Notes: a model not told the origin generated them from the sequence alone. A stretch of 64,000 nt of DNA from an uncultured Pseudomonadota bacterium (GCA_963843375.1 CAWJKT010000009.1:64001-128000), one strand, 5' to 3'; shown: positions 29,435 to 39,120, counted from the stretch's first letter. Numbers and translations are program-made.

Positions 29435-30583
29435 ATGAATAAAACAAAAGTTCTAGTGGTGGGTGGGGGCCTCGTCGGCCTCTCCATCGCTTGGCACCTC
29501 AAAAAACGCGGTGCATGGCCAGTAGTTCTGGATCGTCACGAGCTCGCGCAAGAAGCATCCGCCGCTGGTGCGGGGATGTTGCCCCTCCACAGTGTGGCAT
29601 TCGATACCCCGGAACTCTATGAACTAAGCCGTTTGTCCTACCGCCTGTATCCGTCCTGGGTGAAGGAACTTAAGCGCGCTTCGGGGTTGGACCCCGAATG
29701 GGAGAAGTCGGGATCGATGGGGCTTTTGTTTTCCGCGACGGAAGAAAAGAACGCACGGATGCTTTCCAAACGTTTGGTGGAGTTGGATATGGAGGTTTTG
29801 TGGTTGAGCGGCAAGGAAGCCCGCCGCAAGGAACCCGCATTGCCGAAAGATGTCCGCAAGGCCATGTATCTACCCGAAACCACCCAGATCCGCCCATCCG
29901 CCATGTGTGCGGTGGTGGTGGAAGCGGTGCGGCGCACCGGGGTTTCCATCCATTCCAACGAGCCGGTGAAATCGCTAGTGGTGCGTGGTGGCCGGGTCCA
30001 AGGCGTTAAAACCGCTAACCGAACAATAAAGGCCGACGCCGTAGTATTGGCTACCGGGGCTTGGGCGCCGGAACTGTTAAGCCCGCTTGGAATCGATTTG
30101 CCGGTGTATCCCCTTCGGGGACAGGTACTGCTTCTTCAAGGTCCTCCCTCCGGGATCAAACACATCCTTTTCGCGACCGGCTACTACATGGTGCCGCGCC
30201 GGGGCGGTGAATTGTACGTCGGCAGTACCTTGGAAAAAGCCGGGTTTGAAAGGGCCGTGACGCCTGAGGGTATTGCGACCCTGGCGACTGCGGCCAGGCG
30301 GATGGCGCCGGCTTTGTCGCCGCTGCGGGTTTCGGGTTATTTCTCCGGTTTTCGCCCCGGTTCGGTGGATGGGCATCCTTTCCTGGGTGCGGTTCCGGGC
30401 ACGGATGGACTTTATATTGCGGCGGGCCACCACACGCATGGGCATCTGCTGGCGGCCGCTACTGGTTACTTGATGACGCAATTAATACTGGATGGGAAGC
30501 CGGAAATGGATCTCTTGCCATTTGTCGTGGGCCGCAAGCCCCATGTACTTCAACCGCCCTGGTGGATGAAACTTTCACAATGA
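29435..30583 (+). CDS. thiO: Glycine oxidase ThiO-like FAD oxidoreductase
   Basis: VVGGGLVG, AS.AGAGML, ATGAW, P.RGQ, GSTLE, GFRP, AAGH. Confidence 0.78.
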   Translation: MNKTKVLVVGGGLVGLSIAWHLKKRGAWPVVLDRHELAQEASAAGAGMLPLHSVAFDTPELYELSRLSYRLYPSWVKELKRASGLDPEWEKSGSMGLLFSATEEKNARMLSKRLVELDMEVLWLSGKEARRKEPALPKDVRKAMYLPETTQIRPSAMCAVVVEAVRRTGVSIHSNEPVKSLVVRGGRVQGVKTANRTIKADAVVLATGAWAPELLSPLGIDLPVYPLRGQVLLLQGPPSGIKHILFATGYYMVPRRGGELYVGSTLEKAGFERAVTPEGIATLATAARRMAPALSPLRVSGYFSGFRPGSVDGHPFLGAVPGTDGLYIAAGHHTHGHLLAAATGYLMTQLILDGKPEMDLLPFVVGRKPHVLQPPWWMKLSQ

Positions 30584-30593
30584 AGAAGAGTTT

Positions 30594-30621
30594 TGTCCAA
30601 TACACGGACCCGTCGTGGACA
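30594..30621 (+). repeat. 28-bp palindromic site, copy 2
   Basis: TGTCCAATACACG GA CCCGTCGTGGACA. Confidence 0.88.
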
Positions 30622-30668
30622 AGGTTAAAAGGCTTACAAGGGGCATCTTTGAAATGGCAGGTTAAGAG

Positions 30669-31466
30669 GTGTTTATGAAGAATCTTGGTAAAGAATTATT
30701 GGTAATAGTGGGCCTGATAGCCGCCTTTATGATTTCAGAAAATTTGTTGGGCCGGATTCTCTTTCATTTTTCGCTTATTTCTATCGCTACCGACCAATTT
30801 GATATTCATTGGAATAATCTTTGGCTTCATAGTTGCTGGTCGACGATCGGCTTGATCTCAACGGTTTGCTATGCCTCATGGCTATTGAAGCTGAACCTCT
30901 GGAAAACAGTTCAGTTTCTGGGCGTTAAAGCTTTTAACTCCCAACAAGTGCTCGTAGGGGTTTTAGCCGCTTTGCCAATATTGGCTGTTCACTGGATATC
31001 CCTTCAATTTTATTCTCAGCCGGGAGTTGGGTTACGTTCAAACTGGGCACCTTATCTAGCTTATACAATTATCGGTGCCGGCTTTTTTGAGGAATTAACC
31101 TTTAGGGGTATGTTTTTTCAGTATTTTCGAAAAAACCATTCTTTCATGGTGGCTGCAACCCTTTCCGGAATTTTTTGGAGTTTGATGCATCTGTACATGT
31201 CCTCTCAGCTGGGAGACATTTGGGTCTCAATGGTTTTGGCTTTCGTGCTAGCTTTTCCGGCGGCTTATTTATTTGAAAAAGGCGGTATGGTGGTTTGGGG
31301 TTGGATGATCGTGCATTTAAGTGTCGACTCGACGCAACTTTTTATAAATCCGAATGGTTCTAGTTACTCGGATCAATGGATTCTGGGTCTCGTCGCGCTG
31401 ATAGTATCCGTGATTATCACCTTTCCTTTAGCGAATTGGATTTTGAAACCGGCTAAATTCAAATAA
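30669..31466 (+). CDS. CPBP (CAAX/Abi) intramembrane metalloprotease
   Basis: EELTFRG, FWSLMH, VH..VD; multi-TM. Confidence 0.85.
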   Translation: MFMKNLGKELLVIVGLIAAFMISENLLGRILFHFSLISIATDQFDIHWNNLWLHSCWSTIGLISTVCYASWLLKLNLWKTVQFLGVKAFNSQQVLVGVLAALPILAVHWISLQFYSQPGVGLRSNWAPYLAYTIIGAGFFEELTFRGMFFQYFRKNHSFMVAATLSGIFWSLMHLYMSSQLGDIWVSMVLAFVLAFPAAYLFEKGGMVVWGWMIVHLSVDSTQLFINPNGSSYSDQWILGLVALIVSVIITFPLANWILKPAKFK

Positions 31467-31470
31467 AGAT

Positions 31471-31498
31471 TGTCCACGACGGGGACCCGCGTTGGACA
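31471..31498 (+). repeat. 28-bp palindromic site, copy 3
   Basis: TGTCCACGACGGG GA CCCGCGTTGGACA. Confidence 0.92.
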
Positions 31499-31595
31499 AT
31501 AAAAATCCCTTTTAAACCTAATCCTTCTATTGCGCTTCGGACGAAGCGCAGCGGGTATTAACCCTTTTCTTTTTTTGACACGTTGGCAATTTTAC

Positions 31596-31624
31596 TTGAC
31601 CTATTACGCACCTCGTAATAGCAT
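31596..31624 (+). promoter_or_regulatory. higBA promoter/operator
   Basis: TTGACC-N17-TAGCAT with CTATTACG-N5-CGTAATAG palindrome; predicted start site falls at about the ATG (leaderless). Confidence 0.68.
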
Positions 31625-31629
31625 GGCTT

Positions 31630-31908
31630 ATGATTCGAACTTTTCGAGATAAAGAGGTTGAAGCCCTTTTTCTGGACAATGTTGTTCCGCGTTTTAGGAA
31701 TATTGAACGTGTTGCCCGGAGGAAACTTCTCTACTTGAACGCCGCGAAAAGACTCGAGGATTTACGGATGCCGCCGGGCAATCAGTTGGAGGCGCTGAAA
31801 GGTGATCGGAAAGGCCAGCACAGCATCCGCGTCAACGACCAATGGAGAATTTGTTTTACCTGGCACGAAGGTGAAGCGGTAAATGTTGAAATAGTCGACT
31901 ATCACTGA
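31630..31908 (+). CDS. higB: HigB toxin
   Basis: DLRMPPGNQLEALKGDRKGQHSIRVNDQWRICF, VEIVDYH. Confidence 0.93.
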   Translation: MIRTFRDKEVEALFLDNVVPRFRNIERVARRKLLYLNAAKRLEDLRMPPGNQLEALKGDRKGQHSIRVNDQWRICFTWHEGEAVNVEIVDYH

Positions 31909-31914
31909 GGTGAC

Positions 31915-32223
31915 ATGATGAACACAAAAGCAAAAAAAATGGACCCGATCCATCCTGGGGAAGTGCTTTTAGAGGAATTTATGAAACCGATGGGTATCAG
32001 CATCAATCAGCTGGCCCGCGACATCATCGTTCCGCCCAACCGTATCAGCGGCATCGTCAACGCGGGCCGCGCGATTACGGCTGACACCGCTTTGCGTCTG
32101 GGGAAGTATTTCGGTGTTTCGCCCGAAACCTGGCTCGCTCTTCAATCGGATTACGACCTTCGCCTCGCCCAGCGCGCCGGTTGGGTAAAGATGGAACCGC
32201 GCATACATGCCCATACGGCTTAA
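31915..32223 (+). CDS. higA: HigA antitoxin
   Basis: PIHPGEVLLEEF, RAITADTALRL..YFG.S...WL.LQ..YDL. Confidence 0.93.
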   Translation: MMNTKAKKMDPIHPGEVLLEEFMKPMGISINQLARDIIVPPNRISGIVNAGRAITADTALRLGKYFGVSPETWLALQSDYDLRLAQRAGWVKMEPRIHAHTA

Positions 32224-32274
32224 CAGCTTGTTAAGCTTAACCCTGGTCCGGGTACACTTTGAAGTGTTTCGGGT

Positions 32275-32302
32275 TGTCCACGACGGGGACCCTTCGTAGC
32301 AG
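32275..32302 (+). repeat. 28-bp palindromic site, copy 4 (right end degenerate)
   Basis: TGTCCACGACGGG GA CCCTTCGTAGCAG. Confidence 0.88.
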
Positions 32303-32345
32303 TTAAAGCCCCTTTTGAGTCCAGGTTTAACCAAAGTGATATCAA

Positions 32346-32885
32346 ATGAAACCTATCGAAACCCAACGTCTTGTGCTTCGCCAGTGGAACCCTTCGGATC
32401 GGGAAGCCTTTTACAAAATGAATTCCGACCCCGTCGTGATGGAATATATGCCAAAAATCCTTACCCGTGAGGAAAGCGACGGGCTGATGGCCCGGATTGA
32501 AGAACATTTTGATAAACACCATTTCGGCCTTTGCGCGGTCGAGGAGAAAGAAACCGGAGCCTTAGTCGGCTTCATGGGCCTTTCCGTTCCCCGTTTTGAG
32601 TCCCACTTCACTCCCTGCGTTGAAATTGGGTGGCGGCTGGATAAGGCTTTTTGGGGGAAGGGCTACGCGACGGAGGCCGCTGTGGCCACGTTGGCGGCTG
32701 GGTTCAATCTATTTGGCCTGGAAGAAATCGTCTCTTTCACGTCACCTTTGAATCAACGCTCCATTTCGGTGATGAAACGATTAAAAATGACAAGTAATCC
32801 TTGGGACGATTTCGAGCATCCGGCGCTTCCGGAAGGGCATCCCTTGCGAAAACATGTCCTTTATAGGATTACCAGATCGGTATGA
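32346..32885 (+). CDS. GNAT acetyltransferase (RimJ/RimL family)
   Basis: ETQRLVLRQW, VEIGWRL...FWGKGYATEAA, N.RS..VM.RL. Confidence 0.92.
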   Translation: MKPIETQRLVLRQWNPSDREAFYKMNSDPVVMEYMPKILTREESDGLMARIEEHFDKHHFGLCAVEEKETGALVGFMGLSVPRFESHFTPCVEIGWRLDKAFWGKGYATEAAVATLAAGFNLFGLEEIVSFTSPLNQRSISVMKRLKMTSNPWDDFEHPALPEGHPLRKHVLYRITRSV

Positions 32886-32893
32886 TTATTACC

Positions 32894-32921
32894 TGTCCAC
32901 GACGGGGACCCTTCGTGGACT
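32894..32921 (+). repeat. 28-bp palindromic site, copy 5
   Basis: TGTCCACGACGGG GA CCCTTCGTGGACT. Confidence 0.92.
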
Positions 32922-33105
32922 AAAAAGTCGGATATTATCCAGTGAAAAGCATTTCCCCAAAACAATTCCCGCCTCCATTTCGTTGAACCCGTTCCCATAA
33001 GTTGAAAAAATCCTTTATTTTCGGGCCTTGACGAAAAAAACGAGGGTTCCTAATTGTATTTCCACTAAAGGTGTTGTTTTCAAAAAACAGTAAGGAGGAA
33101 TAACC

Positions 33106-33552
33106 ATGAATGGTTCTGGTCTTTTACCCCAAGGTTTTAAGATGGACAAAAGTCAATGGGGCCGCCTTTTGGACGATGTTTTGGAAATGCGGCCCGGGTT
33201 TAACCTTCAAGGATTTGGGACCGGCTGGGTGCCGCCCTTTGACGTGGAGGAGAACCAGGATGAGTACCGGTTTTACGCCGAAATGCCGGGCATGAAACAG
33301 GAGGATATCAAGCTTTCTTTGGCGGAAAACATCTTGACGGTTTCGGGCGAGAAAAAACCGCCGTATGACACCGAAAAAAGGAATTTCCACAGGTTGGAAA
33401 GATCCTACGGTACATTCCAGCGAAGTTTTTCCCTCCCCCACCTTATAGACACCAACAAAATCAAAGCTACCGTCAAGGATGGAATCCTGGAGATTATCGT
33501 TCCCAAGAGTGCGGAATCGAAACCCCGAGCAATCGCTGTAACCGCTGGATAA
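33106..33552 (+). CDS. Hsp20/alpha-crystallin small heat-shock protein
   Basis: EMPG, LTVSGEK, ERSYGTFQRSFSLP, KDGILEI..PK. Confidence 0.94.
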   Translation: MNGSGLLPQGFKMDKSQWGRLLDDVLEMRPGFNLQGFGTGWVPPFDVEENQDEYRFYAEMPGMKQEDIKLSLAENILTVSGEKKPPYDTEKRNFHRLERSYGTFQRSFSLPHLIDTNKIKATVKDGILEIIVPKSAESKPRAIAVTAG

Positions 33553-33561
33553 TCAAGGGTG

Positions 33562-33600
33562 AGGCAGGGCATTGCGGTGCCCTGCCTTCCTTTCTGTTTA
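33562..33600 (+). terminator. Intrinsic terminator after hsp20
   Basis: AGGCAGGGCA/TGCCCTGCCT hairpin with pyrimidine/T-rich tail. Confidence 0.65.
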
Positions 33601-33623
33601 AATTTCTGGTTCAAGGAGGAATT

Positions 33624-33812
33624 ATGAACCTTCTTCGATCAACTGAATTAACACGACGCTTTCTGCAACACCGGCGCTTGAGCCGCCTTCGGGACTTTAT
33701 TTCTCATCCCCGGAAGAAACTCTCCAAAAAAGACGGCAAGGATGAGGATATTCCTAAAAATCCCTTTAGCGGGAACCCGCCTTTCGGCGGAATTCCCGCT
33801 TTGGCGTTTTAA
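33624..33812 (+). CDS. Small basic hypothetical protein
   Basis: 62 aa with strong AAGGAGG RBS; no recognised motif. Confidence 0.45.
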   Translation: MNLLRSTELTRRFLQHRRLSRLRDFISHPRKKLSKKDGKDEDIPKNPFSGNPPFGGIPALAF

Positions 33813-33829
33813 CCCACGGTGGTTCGCGA

Positions 33830-34721
33830 ATGTGGCGTTGGATTGATCAATTTTCCATTCAAAAGCTGATTTCCTCTTCCATCTCCAAGAGGCTTGTCGT
33901 CTTTATTTCGCTTTCTTTCCTCCTTCTGATCGATCTCTTGGATTATTTGATTGGCGGATTGCTGCATCTCACGGTCTTTCTCTTGGCACCTGTAGCCTTT
34001 GTCACCTGGAACATCGGCATTCAAAGCGGCCTGTTGTTTTCGGTCCTTTGCGCCAGTTACTTGATGGTGGATTACGCCCTCCATCCTTTGATGTTTCCTC
34101 ATCCCTGGGTCGTATTGTGGGACGACGACCGTCATGACCATTTATTTCTCTGTTATTTGCCTCATTTTGACTTCCCTGAAGAGTGAGATGGACAAGGCCT
34201 TACAAAAGTCCAAAACCGACGCTCTGACGGGACTCATGAATTCGGCGGCTTTTTATGAAATCGCCGAACAAGAAAGGGAACGTTCCAACCGTTACCACCA
34301 TCCCTTCACCCTTTGTTTCCTGGACTTGGACAACTTCAAGAAGGTGAATGATATCTATGGGCACCTGATGGGGGACAAACTGCTCAAAAAGGTATCGTTG
34401 ATCCTACAAGGCCAGGTGCGATCTAGCGACCGCGTCGCCCGGCTGGGCGGGGACGAATTCGTTGTCCTGTTCCCAGAAACTGGGCCGGAGGCCGCTGAAA
34501 GATTGAGCTCGCAATTGCACCAAGCCATTAACACGTGTTTAAAAGAGGAGTTTCCTCTGGTGACCCTCAGTATGGGAGTGGTGACCTATTACGATGTGCC
34601 CGAAAAAATCGACGAGATTGTTCATGCCGCCGACCTTTTGATGTATGAGGCGAAAAAATCCGGTAAAAATTCACTCCGTTGTCAGACGGTCGGCTTGTCG
34701 GCAGAAGCGGCGCGGGAATGA
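33830..34721 (+). pseudogene. Membrane-anchored GGDEF diguanylate cyclase, one frameshift near 34120
   Basis: TM N-terminus in one frame; TDALTGL.N, DLDNFK.VND.YGH..GD, RLGGDEF in the next; removing one G from TGGG joins them. Confidence 0.82.
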
Positions 34722-34855
34722 ATTTTGCAAAAGCGAAAATGAATGCCGGAAAAATAAACTCTTGATTTTTTTAAAAAAGGTTCCTAATAAAATTTTTAAA
34801 AGTTGGCTGAACAATGAATGGTTAAATTTTTAAAAAGAAGAAAAGGAGGCCTGTC

Positions 34856-35815
34856 ATGAAACGTATATTGATCGAGACAACCGTAGTTGCCGCTGTAGCT
34901 GTTGGGCTAGCTTTCGCGTTACCTTCGCTGACCAATCTAACTTATGGCGGTACCTCGCCGACTCCCGCCGCCCAATCCAACGAAAAGTCTGGCGTGAGCC
35001 AAAAGGTCGGGAACGGTCAAAATCCACAGGGGCAAGTCGCTGACAAAAGGAAGCAAATTACTTCCGAGGCCATGGCCGCTATTGAGGAAACCAGGAGCGC
35101 CTTGAAATGCCTGGATGAAAATAAGAAGGACGAGGCCCTTCATGCCCTTGAGCTGGCCACCGGAAAATTGGACTTGATCCTGGCCCGGGACCCCAATCTG
35201 GCCCTGGCTCCAACCCGCGTGAGCGAAGCGACCTATGATGTTTACGCCGATATTGACAAGGTAAAGACCGCTCGCGGGGACGCGGAGGCCTTTTTGGTGG
35301 CTGGGAAAGTCCCGGAAGCCCGCCAGATTCTGGACGCCCTTCGCAGTGAGACGGTCATCAGCGTCTCGAATATTCCTCTGGCGACTTATCCCGATGCCAT
35401 CAAAAAAGCCGTCAAATTCATAGACGATGAAAAAATGGAAGACGCGAAGGATACGCTCCAAACGGCTTTGGATACGCTGGTCGTGACCGATACGATCATC
35501 CCCCTCCCAGTAGTTACAGCCCAGGATATTTTGAAAGACGCGAAACAATTGTCGGAGAATGACAGCCGCTCTGCGGATGATAATAAAAAACTGAGCGAAC
35601 TGCTGGCTGAAGCCCGTTCAAAATTGGAATTCGCCCAAGCCCTCGGATACGGTACCAAAAAAGATTTTAAGGACTTATACGGTGAGCTGGATGTGATTAA
35701 GGAAAAAACTGATTTTGGCAAGTCGGGAAAAGGGTTTTTTGACGATGTGGAGGCTTCTCTCAAGAAGCTGTTCGAAACCTTACAACCCATTAACCATTTT
35801 TCCTCTAAGGGATGA
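34856..35815 (+). CDS. YfdX-family periplasmic protein
   Basis: Signal peptide; ATGKLDLILARDP.L, A..L...L.SE, IPLATYP.AIK.A, IIPLP. Confidence 0.8.
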   Translation: MKRILIETTVVAAVAVGLAFALPSLTNLTYGGTSPTPAAQSNEKSGVSQKVGNGQNPQGQVADKRKQITSEAMAAIEETRSALKCLDENKKDEALHALELATGKLDLILARDPNLALAPTRVSEATYDVYADIDKVKTARGDAEAFLVAGKVPEARQILDALRSETVISVSNIPLATYPDAIKKAVKFIDDEKMEDAKDTLQTALDTLVVTDTIIPLPVVTAQDILKDAKQLSENDSRSADDNKKLSELLAEARSKLEFAQALGYGTKKDFKDLYGELDVIKEKTDFGKSGKGFFDDVEASLKKLFETLQPINHFSSKG

Positions 35816-35881
35816 TCTGATACAAATTGGAAAGGGGGTGGGATATGAATTGAGTATAGGCATAACACAACTTAATGATTG

Positions 35882-35919
35882 AAACTCCAGCGCTTTTAGC
35901 GCTGGAGTTTTTTATTTTT
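35882..35919 (+). terminator. Intrinsic terminator
   Basis: AAACTCCAGCGCT/AGCGCTGGAGTTT plus T-run. Confidence 0.85.
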
Positions 35920-36012
35920 TAAGGTCTAAGTTTAGAAAACGAATCAAAGATATAATTGAAAACCGTTGTCCACTTCGGGGAGCCGTCATGGACAAGATCG
36001 GAAAGGGGAACT

Positions 36013-36267
36013 ATGAAGAAATCTGTAACGCAGCGCCTGAATAAAAAAATGGTCACACAGGCTGGTGGTCCGAATACAGGGATTGAATTCTTAAAAATCC
36101 CCAAGCCCGCGCAAAGAGCCCTTCTCAACAACGGCATCCATAATATTGCCGATCTTTCAAAAAGAACGATTGAAGAGGTAAAAGAGTTTCATGGGATCGG
36201 GCCTTCGGCCTTTCCGATTTTGAAACAAGCGCTTCAAAAGAACGGGCTGACTTTTAAAGAGTCTTAA
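36013..36267 (+). CDS. Small helix-hairpin-helix (RNAP alpha-CTD-like) protein
   Basis: PAQRAL..NGI..IADLS..T..EV...HGIGP. Confidence 0.75.
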   Translation: MKKSVTQRLNKKMVTQAGGPNTGIEFLKIPKPAQRALLNNGIHNIADLSKRTIEEVKEFHGIGPSAFPILKQALQKNGLTFKES

Positions 36268-36296
36268 TAACCTGCTGTTTTAAACTCGATGGAAGT

Positions 36297-36324
36297 TGTC
36301 CACGATGGGGACCCATCGTGGACA
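36297..36324 (+). repeat. 28-bp palindromic site, copy 6 (perfect 13-2-13)
   Basis: TGTCCACGATGGG GA CCCATCGTGGACA. Confidence 0.93.
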
Positions 36325-36346
36325 GCCAAAAAAGAAAGGTGATCGA

Positions 36347-36532
36347 GTGAATATAAAAGGATTTAAATATTCCATTGTAGACTTCTTCCAAAATATCCTT
36401 TTTGTTGGTTTGCTTGCCATAATTTCAATTGTTTATGTCAAGGAGGCCCTTGGCCTAGATCACCATGGAAGAATCTCTAATGGAATTCTTTGGCTGGTAA
36501 TGCCCTTACCCCAAAGTTCGATCCAAATTTAA
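36347..36532 (+). CDS. Small AT-rich membrane ORF, possibly truncated
   Basis: GTG with AAGGTGA RBS just after repeat copy 6; hydrophobic segments. Confidence 0.35.
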   Translation: MNIKGFKYSIVDFFQNILFVGLLAIISIVYVKEALGLDHHGRISNGILWLVMPLPQSSIQI

Positions 36533-36870
36533 GTTAGTTAAGGCCCGACTTTTCAGCCATTGCTTTCATCGGAGTCTTGCCACACAAACTGTTGTGACAC
36601 CCGCGCCGTCCAGTGGTCCCTCGCCACGTTGATCGGGCTAAAAAATCTTCTCCTGCATAATCCTCAAAGCCTTGGGTGTTTAATAAAAGAACATTGTGCT
36701 TTTATCGACTGAAACCCGGCGTTTTTGTCCCGATTTGTTGAAAAAACCGGAAACCGCTTCGCAAACCGATCCTAAACGGGAAATGAACATTTCGATTCTT
36801 TTCAAAGCTTCGGTTTTGTTCATGCTGGGCATCCTATCGTTTGCGACTGGATTTCAAAATAACCAACTGG

Positions 36871-36912
36871 GTGACTTAAGTCACGGCGTTAAAAAGGTCT
36901 GTGCCATAAACT
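36871..36912 (+). promoter_or_regulatory. Crp/Fnr-type site with class II promoter
   Basis: Perfect palindrome GTGACTTAAGTCAC; TAAACT at the -10 position expected for a site centred at -41.5. Confidence 0.75.
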
Positions 36913-36949
36913 GGAACCATCGTTGAAGATTATCAAGGAGGAACTAGTC

Positions 36950-37774
36950 ATGGGTAATACGGTCCAATTGGATGTCAGGAATATAATGCCGCGAGAGCGA
37001 CACCCGAAGATTTTCGATATGTTCGACAAATTAAAGGAAGGAGAGTCCTTTGAACTGGTCAATGACCATGACCCTAAACCCCTTTATTACCAGTTCGTGC
37101 ACGAGCGGCCCAACCAGTTCAAGTGGGAATACCAAGAAGAAGGCCCCGAAGTTTGGAAAGTATCTATCCTCAAAACGTCCAATTTTTCCAAGGCAGAAGT
37201 CTCCCCCCAAACCGAAGTTAAACCCAAATGGGCAGCTTCTCTCGACTCGTCCCATGAAGTCTTGTTAGATGTTCGGCCCATGATTGAAAAAGGAGAAGAA
37301 CCCTTTCAGGCCATCATGAAGGCGGTCAAAGGCCTTGGGGATGGCCAATATCTCCGATTGGTCAACTCTTTTGAGCCCGTACCTCTTTACGCAGTATTGG
37401 GCAAGCAGGGATTTGAGATTTTCGCCGAAACAAAAGACGGTATCTGGAATATTTATTTCAAAAAACCTTCTGGTAAAGGTTCGGTCCCACCGGCTGGGGT
37501 GAAAACCGATTCCCCTTCGGATGACCTCTTTGACCGGATGGTGGTTCGCAAGCCACGGGTGGAAGTGGATGTTCGGGGGCTTATGCCGCCCGAACCCATG
37601 ATCCGGATTTTCGAGGAGTTGAACTCTCTCCCTCCGGGTGGAGTGATTTTTGTGCATCATCACCGGGAGCCGGTGATGTTGTACGACAAATTAAGGGAAA
37701 GAGGTTATGAGGGCGTAACCCGCAAGTTGGGAGACTCGGACTACAAGGTCCTCATCTGGAAAAAGGAAGGATGA
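36950..37774 (+). CDS. Triple DUF2249-domain protein
   Basis: Three repeats: LDVR..PRERHP.IF...NDHDPKPLYY; LDVRP....GEEPF...NSFEPVPLY; VDVRGLMPPEPM...HHREP..LY. Confidence 0.85.
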   Translation: MGNTVQLDVRNIMPRERHPKIFDMFDKLKEGESFELVNDHDPKPLYYQFVHERPNQFKWEYQEEGPEVWKVSILKTSNFSKAEVSPQTEVKPKWAASLDSSHEVLLDVRPMIEKGEEPFQAIMKAVKGLGDGQYLRLVNSFEPVPLYAVLGKQGFEIFAETKDGIWNIYFKKPSGKGSVPPAGVKTDSPSDDLFDRMVVRKPRVEVDVRGLMPPEPMIRIFEELNSLPPGGVIFVHHHREPVMLYDKLRERGYEGVTRKLGDSDYKVLIWKKEG

Positions 37775-39120
37775 CCATGGAAGACTCCGCTGTTCTTAAA
37801 ACCCAGTTGCCACCACCGGTGCCTTCGGCATCAACGACCATGCCTTCTTTTCAAATGGCACCGTCCTTCCGGTTGGTGGGGTTGTACCTGAGTACAGGCA
37901 TCACTATTTTCATAGTCCTTTGCCTACTTTTGGCGGTTTATTCCTCCGAATTAAAGGGTGAATTTTTTCAGGGGCGGCTCTTAGGTCTCACCCACCTGAC
38001 GGTGCTGGGCTGGGTATCTATGGTCATTTTCGGAGCCTTGTTCCAGCTGGTACCTGTGGTTTTCGAGGCACCTCTGTTCAGCGAACCCCTAGCCTTCATC
38101 CAATATGCCTTGTTCCTGCCGGGTCTTTTGGGAATGGTCCTGAGCTTCTGGAATTTCAAATTGGGGATTCCACTTCTTGTTTCGGCGGCTTTGACGGCCT
38201 CGGGCTTTTTACTTTTCATCATCAACGTAGGCGTCACACTGGCCCGCGCTAAAAGCCGTTCCCTAACCGGTCTTTTCATCGGTACTGGGCTTTTTTACTT
38301 GGCCCTGACCGCCACATTAGGATTTCTCTTGGCCTTGAACCTAGCCTATCCCTATATCGTACGCCGCGACCACTTGGACCTTTTGAAGATCCACGCCCAT
38401 TGGGGGCTGGCCGGATGGATCGGCATGATCATCATGGGCGTGGCGTTGAAACTCATCCCCATGTTCAGCCTAGCCCACGGCTTTTCCACCACGCCAGCCA
38501 AATGGGCCTACGGGCTTTTCAACGCGGGGCTCCTGGGACTGGCCCTGGGCTGGTGGATCAACCCGGAGGGATGGATAGTAAAAATCGGGGGCGCCCTGCT
38601 CGCCTTGGGGGTGGCTTTTTATCTTTACCAGGTATATTTCATCCATCGATCCCGCTTGAGGCGCATGCCCGACGTGGGGATGCGGTACTCGCTTCTGGCA
38701 TTCTCGCTACTTTCCGTGGCGGCGGGAATAGGGCTCGGCCTTCTTTTTTTTAACTTTCAGGATGGATGGCGGGATGGAGCGGTCCTCACTTATGCTTCGG
38801 TTCTACTGTTGGGGGCCTTCTCGCTCCTGATTGTGGGCCAGCTTTACAAGATCGTTCCTTTCCTCGTCTGGTTTCACACCTACTCCAGCCAAGTAGGACT
38901 AAAGCCGGTCCCGCTCCTGAAAGACCTATACAGCGAAAAAGTGGGGAACCGCCAATTCTGGCTGATGAGCGTGAGCCTGCCCTTTCTTTGGGCTGGAATT
39001 TTTTTTAATCAGGACTCCCTGAGGCTGGCCGGATCTATCGGCCTGGTTTTATCGGCCGTCTTCTTCGGCTGGAACATGTTCAACCTTTTCCGTAGGGGGT
39101 TTTCCCATGGCAACAGCTGA
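37771..39120 (+). CDS. ~12-TM membrane protein with conserved His, function unknown
   Basis: LTHLTVLGW..G.L.QLVP, HAHWGLAGW..G...KLIP, GQLYKIVPFLVW. Confidence 0.75.
   Translation: MTMEDSAVLKTQLPPPVPSASTTMPSFQMAPSFRLVGLYLSTGITIFIVLCLLLAVYSSELKGEFFQGRLLGLTHLTVLGWVSMVIFGALFQLVPVVFEAPLFSEPLAFIQYALFLPGLLGMVLSFWNFKLGIPLLVSAALTASGFLLFIINVGVTLARAKSRSLTGLFIGTGLFYLALTATLGFLLALNLAYPYIVRRDHLDLLKIHAHWGLAGWIGMIIMGVALKLIPMFSLAHGFSTTPAKWAYGLFNAGLLGLALGWWINPEGWIVKIGGALLALGVAFYLYQVYFIHRSRLRRMPDVGMRYSLLAFSLLSVAAGIGLGLLFFNFQDGWRDGAVLTYASVLLLGAFSLLIVGQLYKIVPFLVWFHTYSSQVGLKPVPLLKDLYSEKVGNRQFWLMSVSLPFLWAGIFFNQDSLRLAGSIGLVLSAVFFGWNMFNLFRRGFSHGNS

Noticed and set aside
32218..32335. Integron attC site after higA (GCTTAAC...GTTAAAG)
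   Set aside because: No convincing paired L/R boxes or matching GTTRRRY end, the pattern is not repeated at the other sites, and there is no intI.
36696..36926. 76-aa ORF upstream of the DUF2249 gene
   Set aside because: It overlaps the Crp/Fnr promoter and has no RBS or recognisable motif.
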